A DNA stretch of 64,000 nucleotides, from positions 186,001 through 250,000 of IMG/VR virus record IMGVR_UViG_3300032287_004484; one strand, 5' to 3'. Shown piece by piece: positions 20,341-31,374 of the stretch. Position 1 is the stretch's first letter; each line of letters starts with the position of its first letter. A program made the position numbers and the translations under genes. The notes under the pieces are model-generated. The model saw only the letters and a list, made by a program, of their open reading frames with translations, ran no database searches and was not told the origin of the DNA.

Positions 20341-21103
20341 TGTATCTTTTCCATTAGATTATACTCACTCTTATTGGAAGGAAAATTTTTCCTTCCTTAA
20401 GGGATATATCATGCAATCCTTAGGACACCCGATAATTCGTATAGAATTATCAGAATCTATGCTTATTCAGGGTATTCATGATTCTATAGCACAATATTTT
20501 AAATATGCTAACGATATTACATCAATTGAATTTGAGTTACTTAATGTTGGAAATGATAATGAAGTAATTTTACCAAGTCATATTGAGATAAATCTAGTGA
20601 AAGATATAGTATTTAGTGAAAATAGTAATGCTTTTGGATTCGTTAATCCAATAGACGAAGGTATATACGCAGCACTACCTATGAGTTCTTTTATTAACAT
20701 TAATGGTGGAACTTTAGATTTAGGTCAGTATTATATGGCTCGTCAGCAATTAGAAGATGCTAATGTAATTACTGGTAGAAAAAAATATTGGGAATTTATA
20801 AGTGGAAAGATAAAATTATTTCCTACTAAAGTTAATGAGAATGTTGGACAAGTTGGAATCTTATACGGTAAAATACCAACACCTCAAGAAATTGAAAGTG
20901 ATGATTGGATTAGAAGATATTCTGTTTCTAGTTCTAAAATAATGTTAGGAACTATCAGAAGAAAATTCAGTGGATTCGCAGCTGCTGGTGGACAAGGTAC
21001 TAGTGATGGTAGTGATCTTATTAATGAAGGAAAACAAGAACAAACTGATCTTATTCAAGAATTAAAAGACGCTAGAGCATCGTTAAGAATGTTCCAAGAT
21101 TAA
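20327..21103 (+). CDS. gp13: neck protein (T4 gp13-like)
   Basis: YIMQSLGHPIIRIELSESML..GIHDSIAQYF; WIRRYS...KIMLGTIRRKFSG...G.DLINEG.QE. Confidence 0.8.
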   Translation: MKLNSVSFPLDYTHSYWKENFSFLKGYIMQSLGHPIIRIELSESMLIQGIHDSIAQYFKYANDITSIEFELLNVGNDNEVILPSHIEINLVKDIVFSENSNAFGFVNPIDEGIYAALPMSSFININGGTLDLGQYYMARQQLEDANVITGRKKYWEFISGKIKLFPTKVNENVGQVGILYGKIPTPQEIESDDWIRRYSVSSSKIMLGTIRRKFSGFAAAGGQGTSDGSDLINEGKQEQTDLIQELKDARASLRMFQD

Positions 21104-21178
21104 AAAAAATTAAAAAAAATATAGAAGTTTAGTTAAATATAATATTAGAACATATCTATGCTATCACAGGATAATTGA

Positions 21179-24100
21179 ATGAAAGAAGAAAAAGAAATCA
21201 TATCAGAATATTTTACTAAACACTATCCAGAAAAAAGAAAAATTGTAATCAATGAAGTTGATGTTGGAGTAGCGGGTGATATAGCAGCTACTGCATCAGC
21301 TGGAGCAACTGGTCTTGGAACTGTAATTGGTTTTGGCGGATTAGCAATTATAGCTCTTATAGTTTATTTTCTTTTCTTTAATAAAAAACCAAATTATGGA
21401 TATTATTCTAATAGCATAAGTGATGACAAATTTTTTAGAGAAACAAATGATTCATTAGAAAAATTAATGAAAAATGAAATGTCTGATGAGGATAAAGAAT
21501 CGTTAAGTCAATATTTAAAAGATATTAAAAGCGTAAAAAAAGAAGATAATAATATCTTAAAATTCTTAAAAAAATTATCAGAAGTAAATACTGATGGCCT
21601 TAATAAAGAAACAATAAAAGGAATAGTTGACTTAACAGCAATATTAACAGACTTACAAAATAAAAAAAATATTGCTGATAATGAAATAAAATTAAGAGAA
21701 ATAGTTCTTAAAATACAAAAATCAAATCCTGAAAATAAAGACATTAAAAATACATCTGGTTCTATCTTAAATTCATTAGAAAATAAACAAGAAATAATTA
21801 ATAGATCAACTAAATATCAAAAATTAATTGCTAAATTATCAGCAACTAATTGGGGTAAAAAACTACCAACAGGTTTCTTTTCTGCTTTAATGATTTCTAC
21901 TCCTAAAAATGAAGCAGAAGATCTTATTAAAAAATCTAGAGAAATATCTAGTGATGATAAAAACGCAGAGAAATATCTAAAAGATAAATTATTTTTTGTA
22001 AAAGAAGATACTGGTGATGGTGTTATAATTAAAAAAACTGATAATGAAGAAACTAATGACGGAAAAATTGAAAGTTCTGGGGGTGTTTTAAAAATTTTAT
22101 TTAATGATGACAAGTTAAAAGATAAATTTTTAGAAGAAAATCTTTCTCTTGATGAGAAAAAATTAGAAGAATTTTTACAAGATTCAGAAATTAAAATTGA
22201 ATATAAAAAAGATTCTGAAGAAACAAAAGAAGAAAATATTAGCTTATCAAACGATTTAAAAAGTAATAAAAATAGAGAATTAAATATTACATTAAATAAT
22301 GATGGAACTTTTAAAGAATCAAAAGAAAAAACTAATTATAAAATAATATTTAATGCAGAATATAAAACTTTTGAAATAAGATCAAAACAAAAAGAAAAAG
22401 ATGCAGATAAATTTTCTAAAATTGAAAGTTCAATATTTGAGGCAGAAGAAGAAGAGTATCCTTATATTATCTTTACTGGAAAATATGAAATATCAGAAAA
22501 TAAAGTTATAATAAAAAATAGTAAAAAAGTTGACGATGGATTTTCTAAAAAAGAGCCACAAGAAGAAGTAGAATCTGAAATAGTAGAACCAAAACAACAA
22601 ACAACAAATAAACCTGAAGAACCCCAAGATAACGAACAAAAAAACGCGGAGAAAAAACCCGTTAAAGAAACTCTTGAAGATAATTCTAAAAAACCAAAAA
22701 CAAATTTAAACGATTTTATTGAAAAGAATTTTTTTATTTTTACAAATAAAAAATTAGAGCCAGTTAAAGATAAACCAAGTAATAAAAGTTATATTAGTTT
22801 TAAATTAGAAGAAGGTAACAGAGAAAAAGGAACTAATCGTAGATATGAAATTACAACTATAATTGTTCCAGAAGATTCAAAAGAAGCATTATCTTTAATT
22901 TATAATGAAAATGATTTAATTATAAAAACTAAAGGTTTAATAGCTGAAAGATCAAGAAGCAGTTTATTCTCAAATTTAATTAAAATTTTTGAAGCAGATG
23001 AAAAAGCACCAGAAGATTTTTTAAGTTCTGAAATGTCTACATTAAATTTTAAATATGAAACAAAAGACAGTATAGATTTAGATAAAATAAATACAGGTGA
23101 TGGTCAATTTATAATTACAAATCTATTTAAAAATAATCTTAGAAGCGATATTGCTGAAAAGATTTTTGATAAAAAACTTGAATTTTTTAAAGATCAAATT
23201 AAATCTAAAAAAACATACAAAGACCTTAGTGATTTTCAACAAGAAATAATAAGTTATAGTGAAAATTTTAGAAAATTAACGAATAATTTTAAAGAAAAAA
23301 TCTTTGATCCGTCAGAAAGATTTATACAGGATAATCTTTCAGATGAAATTAAAAAAATGAGCGATCAAAGTTTTCAAAATTTAGTTAAACTCAAAAAATA
23401 TAAAAATATATTAGAAAATTTATATAAAAAAGATAAAAAATATAACAATTTAAATAAAGGCCAGCAAAGATTAGTTAATTTAATTCAAGTAAGAATAAAT
23501 CAACTTCACGATCTAGAATTAGATTATGATAATACAAAAGGTGAACACTCTGATATTAATGATCTTATAAAAAATAATGGTGAATTTAAAGAATTAAAAA
23601 ATATTCCAAATAAAGATTTTTTTGAAAAATTAGATAACGATATTCAAAAATTAAATGTAACAAATATAAAAGAAGAAGCTTATCCTGAAGGAGCGGGTAT
23701 AGAAGATACAGAAGATGCCGTAGAACCCGTGGATTCAGATGAAGAAAATCTAGAAAATGATGAAGATCAACAACCGGCTTCATCTGCAAGTAAAGATAGT
23801 ATTATAAAAGAATTAACTGATTTAAAAGGTATTAGTGCTATTTCTTTTTTTGACGCTGATATTAAAGATGATAATAAAATATCACTTAAACAATTTGATA
23901 AAGAATCTAAAAAACCTTATTGGATAGCAATTTCACTAGAAAAAGAAGAAGAAGATAAAACTAGAATTTTTAAATTTATAATTTTTACAAGAAATAAAAA
24001 TGAAGAAATAAAAAAAATAGACAAGCAATTTGAAGTTATTTATGAGAATTTTTTACAAAAAATAAATGCAAAAGTCAATGCATTATTTTCTGGAGATGTT

Positions 24101-26209
24101 TCTGTTATGGATTCTGAAGTTTATAATGGAAAAATAAAATTAGTTGGTGATGTTTTAAGTTTTATTGAAATAAATAAAATTGAAGATAAAAAAACAAAGA
24201 AAAAAGAATCACAGTCTACATCTAATCAAGAAGCAGAACCAGAAGGAGAGGAAGAAAAAACACCACGAAAAACTCTATCTCCAAAAGAAATAATAGCAAA
24301 ATTATTTAAGTTTCTAAGTCCTAAAACAAGTAAAGAAGAAAAAAATAAAATAAAAAATGAAATTCCCAAAGTAATAGAGGATGGTAAGATTAATGCTATT
24401 GAGGTGCAAGAAATAGCAAATACAGCAAATTTCCAAGATCCATCTGAAATACTAATAAACGCTACACCAAATCCAATAAAACTAGAAGAATCTAGTGATT
24501 TTAAGTCTTTTAAAGGTAAAAAATTAAATCATTTTTTTGAACAAATTTTTTCAAAAGAAGTAAAAAAACAATTTTTCTATAATGAGCAAGACGATAAATC
24601 TTCAATAGAAAAAGAAAAAGCTCCTCCAAGTAAAATTACAACTGTAGATGATTTAATGGACACTTTATTTCCATCTAATGTATTTGTAATAAATTTAAAT
24701 GATGGTGAAAATAAAATAAAACAAGTTAATGATTTTAGTGAGAATGTTTTTAATGAATTACAAAATGGTATAATATTTTATAAAAAGAAAGATAAAGATT
24801 TTTATATAGGTCAATTAAAAATTAAAGATTTATCTATTTTTACTGAAAATAAAGTTTTATTAGAAACTTATTTTGATTTTAATAATGAAAATGAAGATCT
24901 TAAAAAGACTCTTAATGAAGCTGAAGAAGTGAAACACACTGATATTTTATCTGGATCACCTTGTGAAGTTAATATTGAATCTATAACTTCTATTGATTCT
25001 AAAAATAATATTATAACTAATTTTAAAATAACTGTTATTAAAAGAGGAATTGTAAGTTCTAATAAGTTTTTAAATAAATATACTAAAATAGATAAAGAAG
25101 AAGATAAAAAACTTATTAAAGATACTGCTAAAAAAGATTTAGAAGAAAAACCAATACAAGATCAAAAAAGTATAGAGCAAAAAGAAGTTACTAAAACAGC
25201 TGAAGTTACTTCTACAGATCAATATTTTATATCTTTAGATGATATTAAGAATAAAAAGAAAACAGTAACTGATACGGTTTCTGGAGAAGCAGGTATTATT
25301 TTTACTAAAACCAAGAATAATTTTATTGGTTATTTATGGTTAAAAGAACTTAATAAAGTAGATGAGTTAATTGGATTTAATGAAATTATTGCTTTACAAG
25401 ATTATTTTAATTTTTCATTACAAGATTTTATAATTACAGAAGAGATACAAATTAAAGATTATAGGAATAATTTTATTTCTAGTGGATCTTTAATTGTTGA
25501 AATTGTAAATAATGAAATTACTAAAATAATTTCTAAAGGTAATATTAAAGATTTCTATTATACAAAATTAGAAAAATCTAAACAAGATTTATTAAAATCA
25601 GAAATTGAAAAAACAAGTAAAGAAGCTGCTTATAAAAAATTTGGTTTAACTGATTTATTAACAATCGGAACTGAAACTGAGGAGCAGGCTGTAGAGTCTC
25701 CTACTGGATTTATTTCTTTAAAAGAATCTTCTAAAATAGGCAATTTAATTCCAAAAAATTATAGAAATATAGATCTTGTATTATCTAAAAAAGATTTTAA
25801 AGTTTATTATTTTATAAAATCAAGTGAAGATTATTATTATATTGAAATAGATAAACATATTTTTTATATTTTAAGTTTTATAATTAAAAATTTTAAATTT
25901 ACATTTGGAACTTCTAATTCTATTATAAATTTAGATAAAGATCTTGTTAATGGTGATATAAAATTAAAAGATTTAAAAATGATTTTAAAAACTCAAGTTC
26001 CAATAGATAAAAACATAAAAAAATTAAAATTTAAATTTGGTAAATTAGAAGAAAAAATTGTTGATGGTAATAAAATATCTTTTAAATTTCCAATCAATAC
26101 TTCTCTTCAACCAAAAATTGGTGAACCAAAAAAGATTCCACAAGAAAATAAAAAGCCAACTGTTGAATCAATTGAAAAATATATTATTGAAAGCATATGG
26201 AAAAAATAA
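21179..26209 (+). CDS. very large hypothetical protein with N-terminal TM segment, candidate ejected virion protein
   Basis: 1676 aa; leader ending VINE, then Gly/Ala-rich and hydrophobic segment. Confidence 0.7.
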   Translation: MKEEKEIISEYFTKHYPEKRKIVINEVDVGVAGDIAATASAGATGLGTVIGFGGLAIIALIVYFLFFNKKPNYGYYSNSISDDKFFRETNDSLEKLMKNEMSDEDKESLSQYLKDIKSVKKEDNNILKFLKKLSEVNTDGLNKETIKGIVDLTAILTDLQNKKNIADNEIKLREIVLKIQKSNPENKDIKNTSGSILNSLENKQEIINRSTKYQKLIAKLSATNWGKKLPTGFFSALMISTPKNEAEDLIKKSREISSDDKNAEKYLKDKLFFVKEDTGDGVIIKKTDNEETNDGKIESSGGVLKILFNDDKLKDKFLEENLSLDEKKLEEFLQDSEIKIEYKKDSEETKEENISLSNDLKSNKNRELNITLNNDGTFKESKEKTNYKIIFNAEYKTFEIRSKQKEKDADKFSKIESSIFEAEEEEYPYIIFTGKYEISENKVIIKNSKKVDDGFSKKEPQEEVESEIVEPKQQTTNKPEEPQDNEQKNAEKKPVKETLEDNSKKPKTNLNDFIEKNFFIFTNKKLEPVKDKPSNKSYISFKLEEGNREKGTNRRYEITTIIVPEDSKEALSLIYNENDLIIKTKGLIAERSRSSLFSNLIKIFEADEKAPEDFLSSEMSTLNFKYETKDSIDLDKINTGDGQFIITNLFKNNLRSDIAEKIFDKKLEFFKDQIKSKKTYKDLSDFQQEIISYSENFRKLTNNFKEKIFDPSERFIQDNLSDEIKKMSDQSFQNLVKLKKYKNILENLYKKDKKYNNLNKGQQRLVNLIQVRINQLHDLELDYDNTKGEHSDINDLIKNNGEFKELKNIPNKDFFEKLDNDIQKLNVTNIKEEAYPEGAGIEDTEDAVEPVDSDEENLENDEDQQPASSASKDSIIKELTDLKGISAISFFDADIKDDNKISLKQFDKESKKPYWIAISLEKEEEDKTRIFKFIIFTRNKNEEIKKIDKQFEVIYENFLQKINAKVNALFSGDVSVMDSEVYNGKIKLVGDVLSFIEINKIEDKKTKKKESQSTSNQEAEPEGEEEKTPRKTLSPKEIIAKLFKFLSPKTSKEEKNKIKNEIPKVIEDGKINAIEVQEIANTANFQDPSEILINATPNPIKLEESSDFKSFKGKKLNHFFEQIFSKEVKKQFFYNEQDDKSSIEKEKAPPSKITTVDDLMDTLFPSNVFVINLNDGENKIKQVNDFSENVFNELQNGIIFYKKKDKDFYIGQLKIKDLSIFTENKVLLETYFDFNNENEDLKKTLNEAEEVKHTDILSGSPCEVNIESITSIDSKNNIITNFKITVIKRGIVSSNKFLNKYTKIDKEEDKKLIKDTAKKDLEEKPIQDQKSIEQKEVTKTAEVTSTDQYFISLDDIKNKKKTVTDTVSGEAGIIFTKTKNNFIGYLWLKELNKVDELIGFNEIIALQDYFNFSLQDFIITEEIQIKDYRNNFISSGSLIVEIVNNEITKIISKGNIKDFYYTKLEKSKQDLLKSEIEKTSKEAAYKKFGLTDLLTIGTETEEQAVESPTGFISLKESSKIGNLIPKNYRNIDLVLSKKDFKVYYFIKSSEDYYYIEIDKHIFYILSFIIKNFKFTFGTSNSIINLDKDLVNGDIKLKDLKMILKTQVPIDKNIKKLKFKFGKLEEKIVDGNKISFKFPINTSLQPKIGEPKKIPQENKKPTVESIEKYIIESIWKK

Positions 26210-28245
26210 TGAATGAAAAAAAAATAATAGAACAGTATTTTAATAATTATTTTTCAAGAAAAAATAAAAGAGTTTATAATGAAGATTTAATTACTATTTT
26301 TGCTGTCGGATCTTTTTTATATTTTTTAATGTATGTTTTACTTAGAGTTTTTACTGTTAATAAATTTGAAAAAGAAAATATAACTTATAGATTAGAAAAA
26401 AATCCTCAACAAGTTAACCAAATAATAAAATTTTTAGATGAAATAAAAAGAACTATTAAAAATGATATTAGTGATAAAAAACCAGATAAAGCTTTTGATA
26501 TAATAGATATATTAGATAAATATTTATTATCTTTTAAAAAATCGGGTAGTCACGAAGAAAGCAAATTAATATTAGATAAAATAACATCTAACATTAAATC
26601 ACTGTTAGAAGAAATTTTAAATTTATATCTTAATAAAGATCAAATTAAAAAACAAAATATTTTTAATAAATTAAGATTTATTTTAAATCAATTTGGTTTA
26701 ATGGATAAATTTGAATTGATATTACAACAAGTTTTAGAAAAAAGTAATAATGTTATAAAAAACGATAATAAAGAAGAAGTAAAAGTAGAACCAAAAGTGG
26801 TGATTGATACAGTAGTTACAAGTCCGGGTGTATCCGAACCGTCCGAAGAAAAAGAGGTCCCAGAACCTAAATCACCTTCAATCAAAGAAATACCAAAAAT
26901 TGAACCAATAAATTTAAAAGATGAAGAAATATTAAATTTTTCAGATATTGATGTTCAAGAAGATGAAGAGGTTCAAGAAGATGAAGAAGAGAGTGATGAA
27001 GATAGAATAGAAAGAGAAAGACAAGAACAAGAATTAGAAAATGAAAAAAGAATTGCTAAAATTGATGATATAAGAAATAATTATAATAAATATTTAAAAA
27101 AGTTTCCTAATGATTTAGTTATTGGAGTTGTTTTAAGAACTTTAGATGATCTTGAAAACGAAGATGAAGAATTATTGGCTGAATTATATGATATTTTAAA
27201 TTTAAATAAAACTATTGAAGAAATAAAAAAAGAATTTTCTCAATCTGAAGTAGGTGCGTGGGGTTTAAAGAAAATAGAATCAATAAAAATAATTAATAGT
27301 TATAATGAATTGAATGAATTTTTAATAGATAAAAACATTAAAAATAATGGTTTAATTATAAATACACAGATGCAAATTAAAAATGATTCTTATTTTTTAG
27401 AAATTAAAATTTATAAAAATAAATATCAAGATGGAATTATAATGCCATTAAATTCACAGGATTTTGATAATACTGCTTTTAATGATTTTTATATTTTAAG
27501 ATTTATTAGGGAACCTGGAAACGATGAAAGAATTTTTTCTATTTTTATAACGCCAGAACAAAAAGAACAATACGGTTTATATAAATTTAACTCAAATAAA
27601 ACATTTAATTTTATCATTAATGAATCATCAACTAAAACATATTCAAATTTTAACATTAAAGCATGTACTGGTAATTGGAATATCTATGAAGAAAGAATAA
27701 GCTTTACTAAAGTTAAATTTGAACAAGGATTTGAATTTAAAGAGATTACTGAAGATGATAATAACAGAGTTTTTATTTTAGCAGGAGATAATTTTTTAAT
27801 TGAAAGAATTAATCGAATAAATCCAACTAGTAAAGATGTAGTATCAGAAACTCCAAAATATCATTATTGTATTTCTATGTTAATTGATAAACAAGATCCT
27901 AAAAAAATACAAAAATTATATCTAATAAAACCAATTACAACTAATTTTATTAATGTTTTACAACAAGTTTATCAATCTAATAAAATTATATATATTAATA
28001 AAAATAAACAAAAAGAAATTTTAAATTTAGATCCTAGCATACAAGAACATAAAGTAATTTTAGATTCAATAAAAAGAACTACTACATCTGGAGATATTAA
28101 CCACCTGTTGCAGGCTTTTGAAGATCCACAATCAGAAGAATTTCCAGATATTCAGTTTCATCAAGTAAATGATGATGCTATTAGTTATCAAAAAACATTA
28201 GTTAAAATAGATACAAGTAAAAATAATTGGATGTATATTAAATAA
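26209..28245 (+). CDS. hypothetical protein with N-terminal TM segment
   Basis: TAATG-coupled start; leader ending VYNE then LITIFAVGSFLYFLMYVLL; 18-nt tandem duplication (VQEDEE x2) at 26953-26987. Confidence 0.7.
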   Translation: MNEKKIIEQYFNNYFSRKNKRVYNEDLITIFAVGSFLYFLMYVLLRVFTVNKFEKENITYRLEKNPQQVNQIIKFLDEIKRTIKNDISDKKPDKAFDIIDILDKYLLSFKKSGSHEESKLILDKITSNIKSLLEEILNLYLNKDQIKKQNIFNKLRFILNQFGLMDKFELILQQVLEKSNNVIKNDNKEEVKVEPKVVIDTVVTSPGVSEPSEEKEVPEPKSPSIKEIPKIEPINLKDEEILNFSDIDVQEDEEVQEDEEESDEDRIERERQEQELENEKRIAKIDDIRNNYNKYLKKFPNDLVIGVVLRTLDDLENEDEELLAELYDILNLNKTIEEIKKEFSQSEVGAWGLKKIESIKIINSYNELNEFLIDKNIKNNGLIINTQMQIKNDSYFLEIKIYKNKYQDGIIMPLNSQDFDNTAFNDFYILRFIREPGNDERIFSIFITPEQKEQYGLYKFNSNKTFNFIINESSTKTYSNFNIKACTGNWNIYEERISFTKVKFEQGFEFKEITEDDNNRVFILAGDNFLIERINRINPTSKDVVSETPKYHYCISMLIDKQDPKKIQKLYLIKPITTNFINVLQQVYQSNKIIYINKNKQKEILNLDPSIQEHKVILDSIKRTTTSGDINHLLQAFEDPQSEEFPDIQFHQVNDDAISYQKTLVKIDTSKNNWMYIK

Positions 28246-29306
28246 TGTTATTAACTATTTATTTTGAGAAAAAAGCATCTGAATCGGTAACAAAAGATCT
28301 TGATAAGATGTCAAAAAAATATAAACTTCCTATTAAAACAATTAATAATTTAGTGTCTGGATTAGAAGGTGTAGATCCGCTAAAAGGAAAATTAAAAGTA
28401 TTTTATTCTTTAATTAGTAGAAGATATATCTCTGTAATTTATACTTATTTAAATCGTAACGCTAACATTGATTTAACCGAAAGATCACAAGCAAAAATTT
28501 TGTTAATAAGAATAAAAGCATTAGCGTATAACATAAAAAAACAAATCTTACAGTATATAGAAACATCTAACGCTACAGATAAAGAAGGAATAGAAAAACA
28601 AAAAATGATAACAGAAGACATTATTTTAAAAATATATTTGCTTTTTAAATTAATAGAAAAAATTAATAGTTTTTTTGAACAAAATGAAATTCAATATAAA
28701 AAATTTATTAATTATGTTTATTCAAAAATATTTGATTTATTTGAAAGAGAGAATGAAGCGAAAAAAATATATAAAAATGATGAAAAATATTTTAAAAGTT
28801 TTCCAGATTTAATTTCTGGATTAAGACCGCATAAAGCTTTAGAAAATATTATTACATTTAATAAAAAAGCAGAAAAAAAAGATAAGCAGTTAAATCAAAT
28901 CAAGACCTATTATTTAAATTATAAAGGCAATTTTAATTTTTTAATTATTCCAATAGTAACATCTCAGTTTTATATAGATAAAACAACACCATTTGATTTT
29001 TTAATAGGACAAAATGAAAATAAATTTGAAATTTTTTCGTTAGAATTATATGATCTTAATAATACTGAATTTAATATTCTAAAAAAAGATATTAAATCTA
29101 AAAAATCAGTTTTATCAACCATGTTTAATATAGTTGATAAAAATAATAAAAAAGTAAATTTAAAAGATATAAAAGATATAAAAAATATTAACGTTATAAA
29201 ATTAGGAAGTTTTTATATAAATAATATCGAAAGACATAAGAATAAACAAATAAACCTAGAAGAGAATTTTAAAAACTCTAAAATTGGAGAAATACAAATT
29301 GAATAA
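28245..29306 (+). CDS. hypothetical protein
   Basis: TAATG-coupled 353-aa ORF. Confidence 0.65.
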   Translation: MLLTIYFEKKASESVTKDLDKMSKKYKLPIKTINNLVSGLEGVDPLKGKLKVFYSLISRRYISVIYTYLNRNANIDLTERSQAKILLIRIKALAYNIKKQILQYIETSNATDKEGIEKQKMITEDIILKIYLLFKLIEKINSFFEQNEIQYKKFINYVYSKIFDLFERENEAKKIYKNDEKYFKSFPDLISGLRPHKALENIITFNKKAEKKDKQLNQIKTYYLNYKGNFNFLIIPIVTSQFYIDKTTPFDFLIGQNENKFEIFSLELYDLNNTEFNILKKDIKSKKSVLSTMFNIVDKNNKKVNLKDIKDIKNINVIKLGSFYINNIERHKNKQINLEENFKNSKIGEIQIE

Positions 29307-30027
29307 TAAAGATATTTATAATTATTATATGAAAAGAGTTTATAACGAAGATGCAGCAATAACAGCAGCAAGTAGTTTAATTGATGGAGCTAACGCTGCT
29401 ACGAGTGGAATTGCTCCTGAATTATTAGGATTAACAGCACTTAAATATTTAACTCATCAAGCTTTTAAATATACTGATGGTTTAATTGATTCTAAAAATT
29501 CTGATAAAGTAATTAATAAAAAAGGATTAAGCGATATAAGAATACCTGAAAAAGATTTAAAAAACAAGAAAGATCTTGGAAAAAAGTTTTCTTATTTTTC
29601 AAATTCAATAACAACTAATCCAGAAACATATTTTAAATATATAATATTAGAATACATGTTAATTAAATTAGGTTATATAGAAAAAGAAAAAATATCAGCA
29701 GATGATGCGGTTTTAGATTATTTTGATTATGATAATAATAAAATGTTTGATTTACATAAAGATTTATCTACAAATAATTTAAACATTTTAATTAAAAAAG
29801 AATCTTCTAATGATCCTAATTATCCTAAAACAAAAATAATAAGTTCTAAATATAATAACGATAAAATATCAAACATATTACTTTTTGTAAAAAATAATAA
29901 AAATGTTTTTAATAATGCAATTGAATCTGTATTTGTTTTTGGTGAAAACATTCAATCTAAAGGAGTTTTTACGAGTGAGATCACTAAATTATATGATAAA
30001 ATTCCTTCATCATCAAATGTTTTTTAG
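29299..30027 (+). CDS. hypothetical protein with VYNE leader and Ala/Gly-rich segment
   Basis: TTG start 9 nt after GGAG; leader shared with 21179 and 26209. Confidence 0.65.
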   Translation: MNNKDIYNYYMKRVYNEDAAITAASSLIDGANAATSGIAPELLGLTALKYLTHQAFKYTDGLIDSKNSDKVINKKGLSDIRIPEKDLKNKKDLGKKFSYFSNSITTNPETYFKYIILEYMLIKLGYIEKEKISADDAVLDYFDYDNNKMFDLHKDLSTNNLNILIKKESSNDPNYPKTKIISSKYNNDKISNILLFVKNNKNVFNNAIESVFVFGENIQSKGVFTSEITKLYDKIPSSSNVF

Positions 30028-30036
30028 GTATTAATT

Positions 30037-30585
30037 ATGTCACAATGGTATCATCCAACTAATATAGACTTAGATATATGGGATCCATTAAACCATGAAC
30101 ACTGGTTAGTTGATCAAGAATCTATCGATCATATAAAAATAAATTCTCCATATGTTTTATATTGGAAGATTGATCAAGAAAAGACGGAAATGAACAATGA
30201 TGAAATTTCTAATCTTTATCAAGAAAGTGATCAATTAGTTTTTTATAATTCTGAACCAATTAGAGTTTATGTATATGTAGAAATATCACCTATTGTTCAA
30301 GAATTAAGCAGGATAGGGGTTTCAGAATTAAGAGAAATAAATTTTATAACTAATAAAACAGATTTAATTGAAAAGATTGGAAGATTTCCGCTACCAGGTG
30401 ATTTATTAAGTATTTCTTATTTTGAAAAAGATAAAAAGAAAACTCAAAGTTTTTATAATTTAGTTTCAACTAGTGATGCCGATTTACATCTTTATCGTTA
30501 CGTTCATTTTATTTTAAATTGTGAACAAAGCAATCTTAGTAATATACCTAAACACATATTTGATTATCAATTTAAAGAATACTAA
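30037..30585 (+). CDS. gp14: neck/head-completion protein (T4 gp14-like)
   Basis: LVDQESI...VLYWKID...LYQES...F; PLPGDLL; position before gp15. Confidence 0.7.
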   Translation: MSQWYHPTNIDLDIWDPLNHEHWLVDQESIDHIKINSPYVLYWKIDQEKTEMNNDEISNLYQESDQLVFYNSEPIRVYVYVEISPIVQELSRIGVSELREINFITNKTDLIEKIGRFPLPGDLLSISYFEKDKKKTQSFYNLVSTSDADLHLYRYVHFILNCEQSNLSNIPKHIFDYQFKEY

Positions 30586-30641
30586 AAAAATAGTATTTTT
30601 TAAAGTTCAATCGTAAAAATAAATTATAGGAGAAATAATAA

Positions 30642-31013
30642 ATGGAATTAGATGCTATTTTAAACGATTATTTACACAAAGACGATAAAAATTTATCAGT
30701 AAAAAAAGAAGTAATTAAAGAAAGTTCAGAAGAGATGGAAGATATTGATATAGAAAAGATTACTGATGTTGAAAAAATAAAAATAGCGTTAGATATTCTT
30801 TATAATGTTAGTAAAGATTATTATGGTTTATCTAAATCAATCATGTTATTGACAGATATTGTACATGAAAATAATGCTGTTTGTCCTTATTGTGGAGAAG
30901 AAGATTGTGTTTGTGATGATGAAGAGGAAGATGAAGACGAATACGATGAAGATGAGGACGAAGAAGATTATGAAGAAGATGAAGACGAGGATGAAGAGGA
31001 AGAAAAATATTAA
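30642..31013 (+). CDS. small protein with Cys cluster and poly-acidic tail
   Basis: CPYCGEEDCVC followed by about 30 residues, mostly D/E. Confidence 0.65.
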   Translation: MELDAILNDYLHKDDKNLSVKKEVIKESSEEMEDIDIEKITDVEKIKIALDILYNVSKDYYGLSKSIMLLTDIVHENNAVCPYCGEEDCVCDDEEEDEDEYDEDEDEEDYEEDEDEDEEEEKY

Positions 31014-31372
31014 TGAAAGATATCATTAATAAATTATCTCAAAGAGTTAATAACGCTGATGAATTATTAGCTTCTCTTGTTTTTAATAAAATTTCTAATT
31101 CTGATTCTTTTAAAGAATTACAATCTAAAGATCTTGAAAAAGGTTTAGTAACTAATAAACCTATTAATATTGATTTAACAATTAAAAAGAAATCTATTGG
31201 TAATTATGATACTGTTATAACTGGTGATGTTAACGATATAAAAAAGAAAGATATAGGTACTACTGGTGCTACAGGTTCTGTAGTTCAACCTAGCGGTATA
31301 ATACTTAAACTAAAAAAAGATTTAAAAAGTGATTTAAAAAACATTTTTAAAAGTGGAATTAATTTTAGTTAA
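31013..31372 (+). CDS. hypothetical protein
   Basis: TAATG-coupled ORF. Confidence 0.6.
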   Translation: MKDIINKLSQRVNNADELLASLVFNKISNSDSFKELQSKDLEKGLVTNKPINIDLTIKKKSIGNYDTVITGDVNDIKKKDIGTTGATGSVVQPSGIILKLKKDLKSDLKNIFKSGINFS

Positions 31373-31374
31373 TT

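Noticed and set aside
16000-26209. Tape-measure call for the 1446-aa or 1676-aa proteins
   Set aside because: They are not next to tube or baseplate genes, and are K/E-rich without the Ala/Gly-rich periodic pattern
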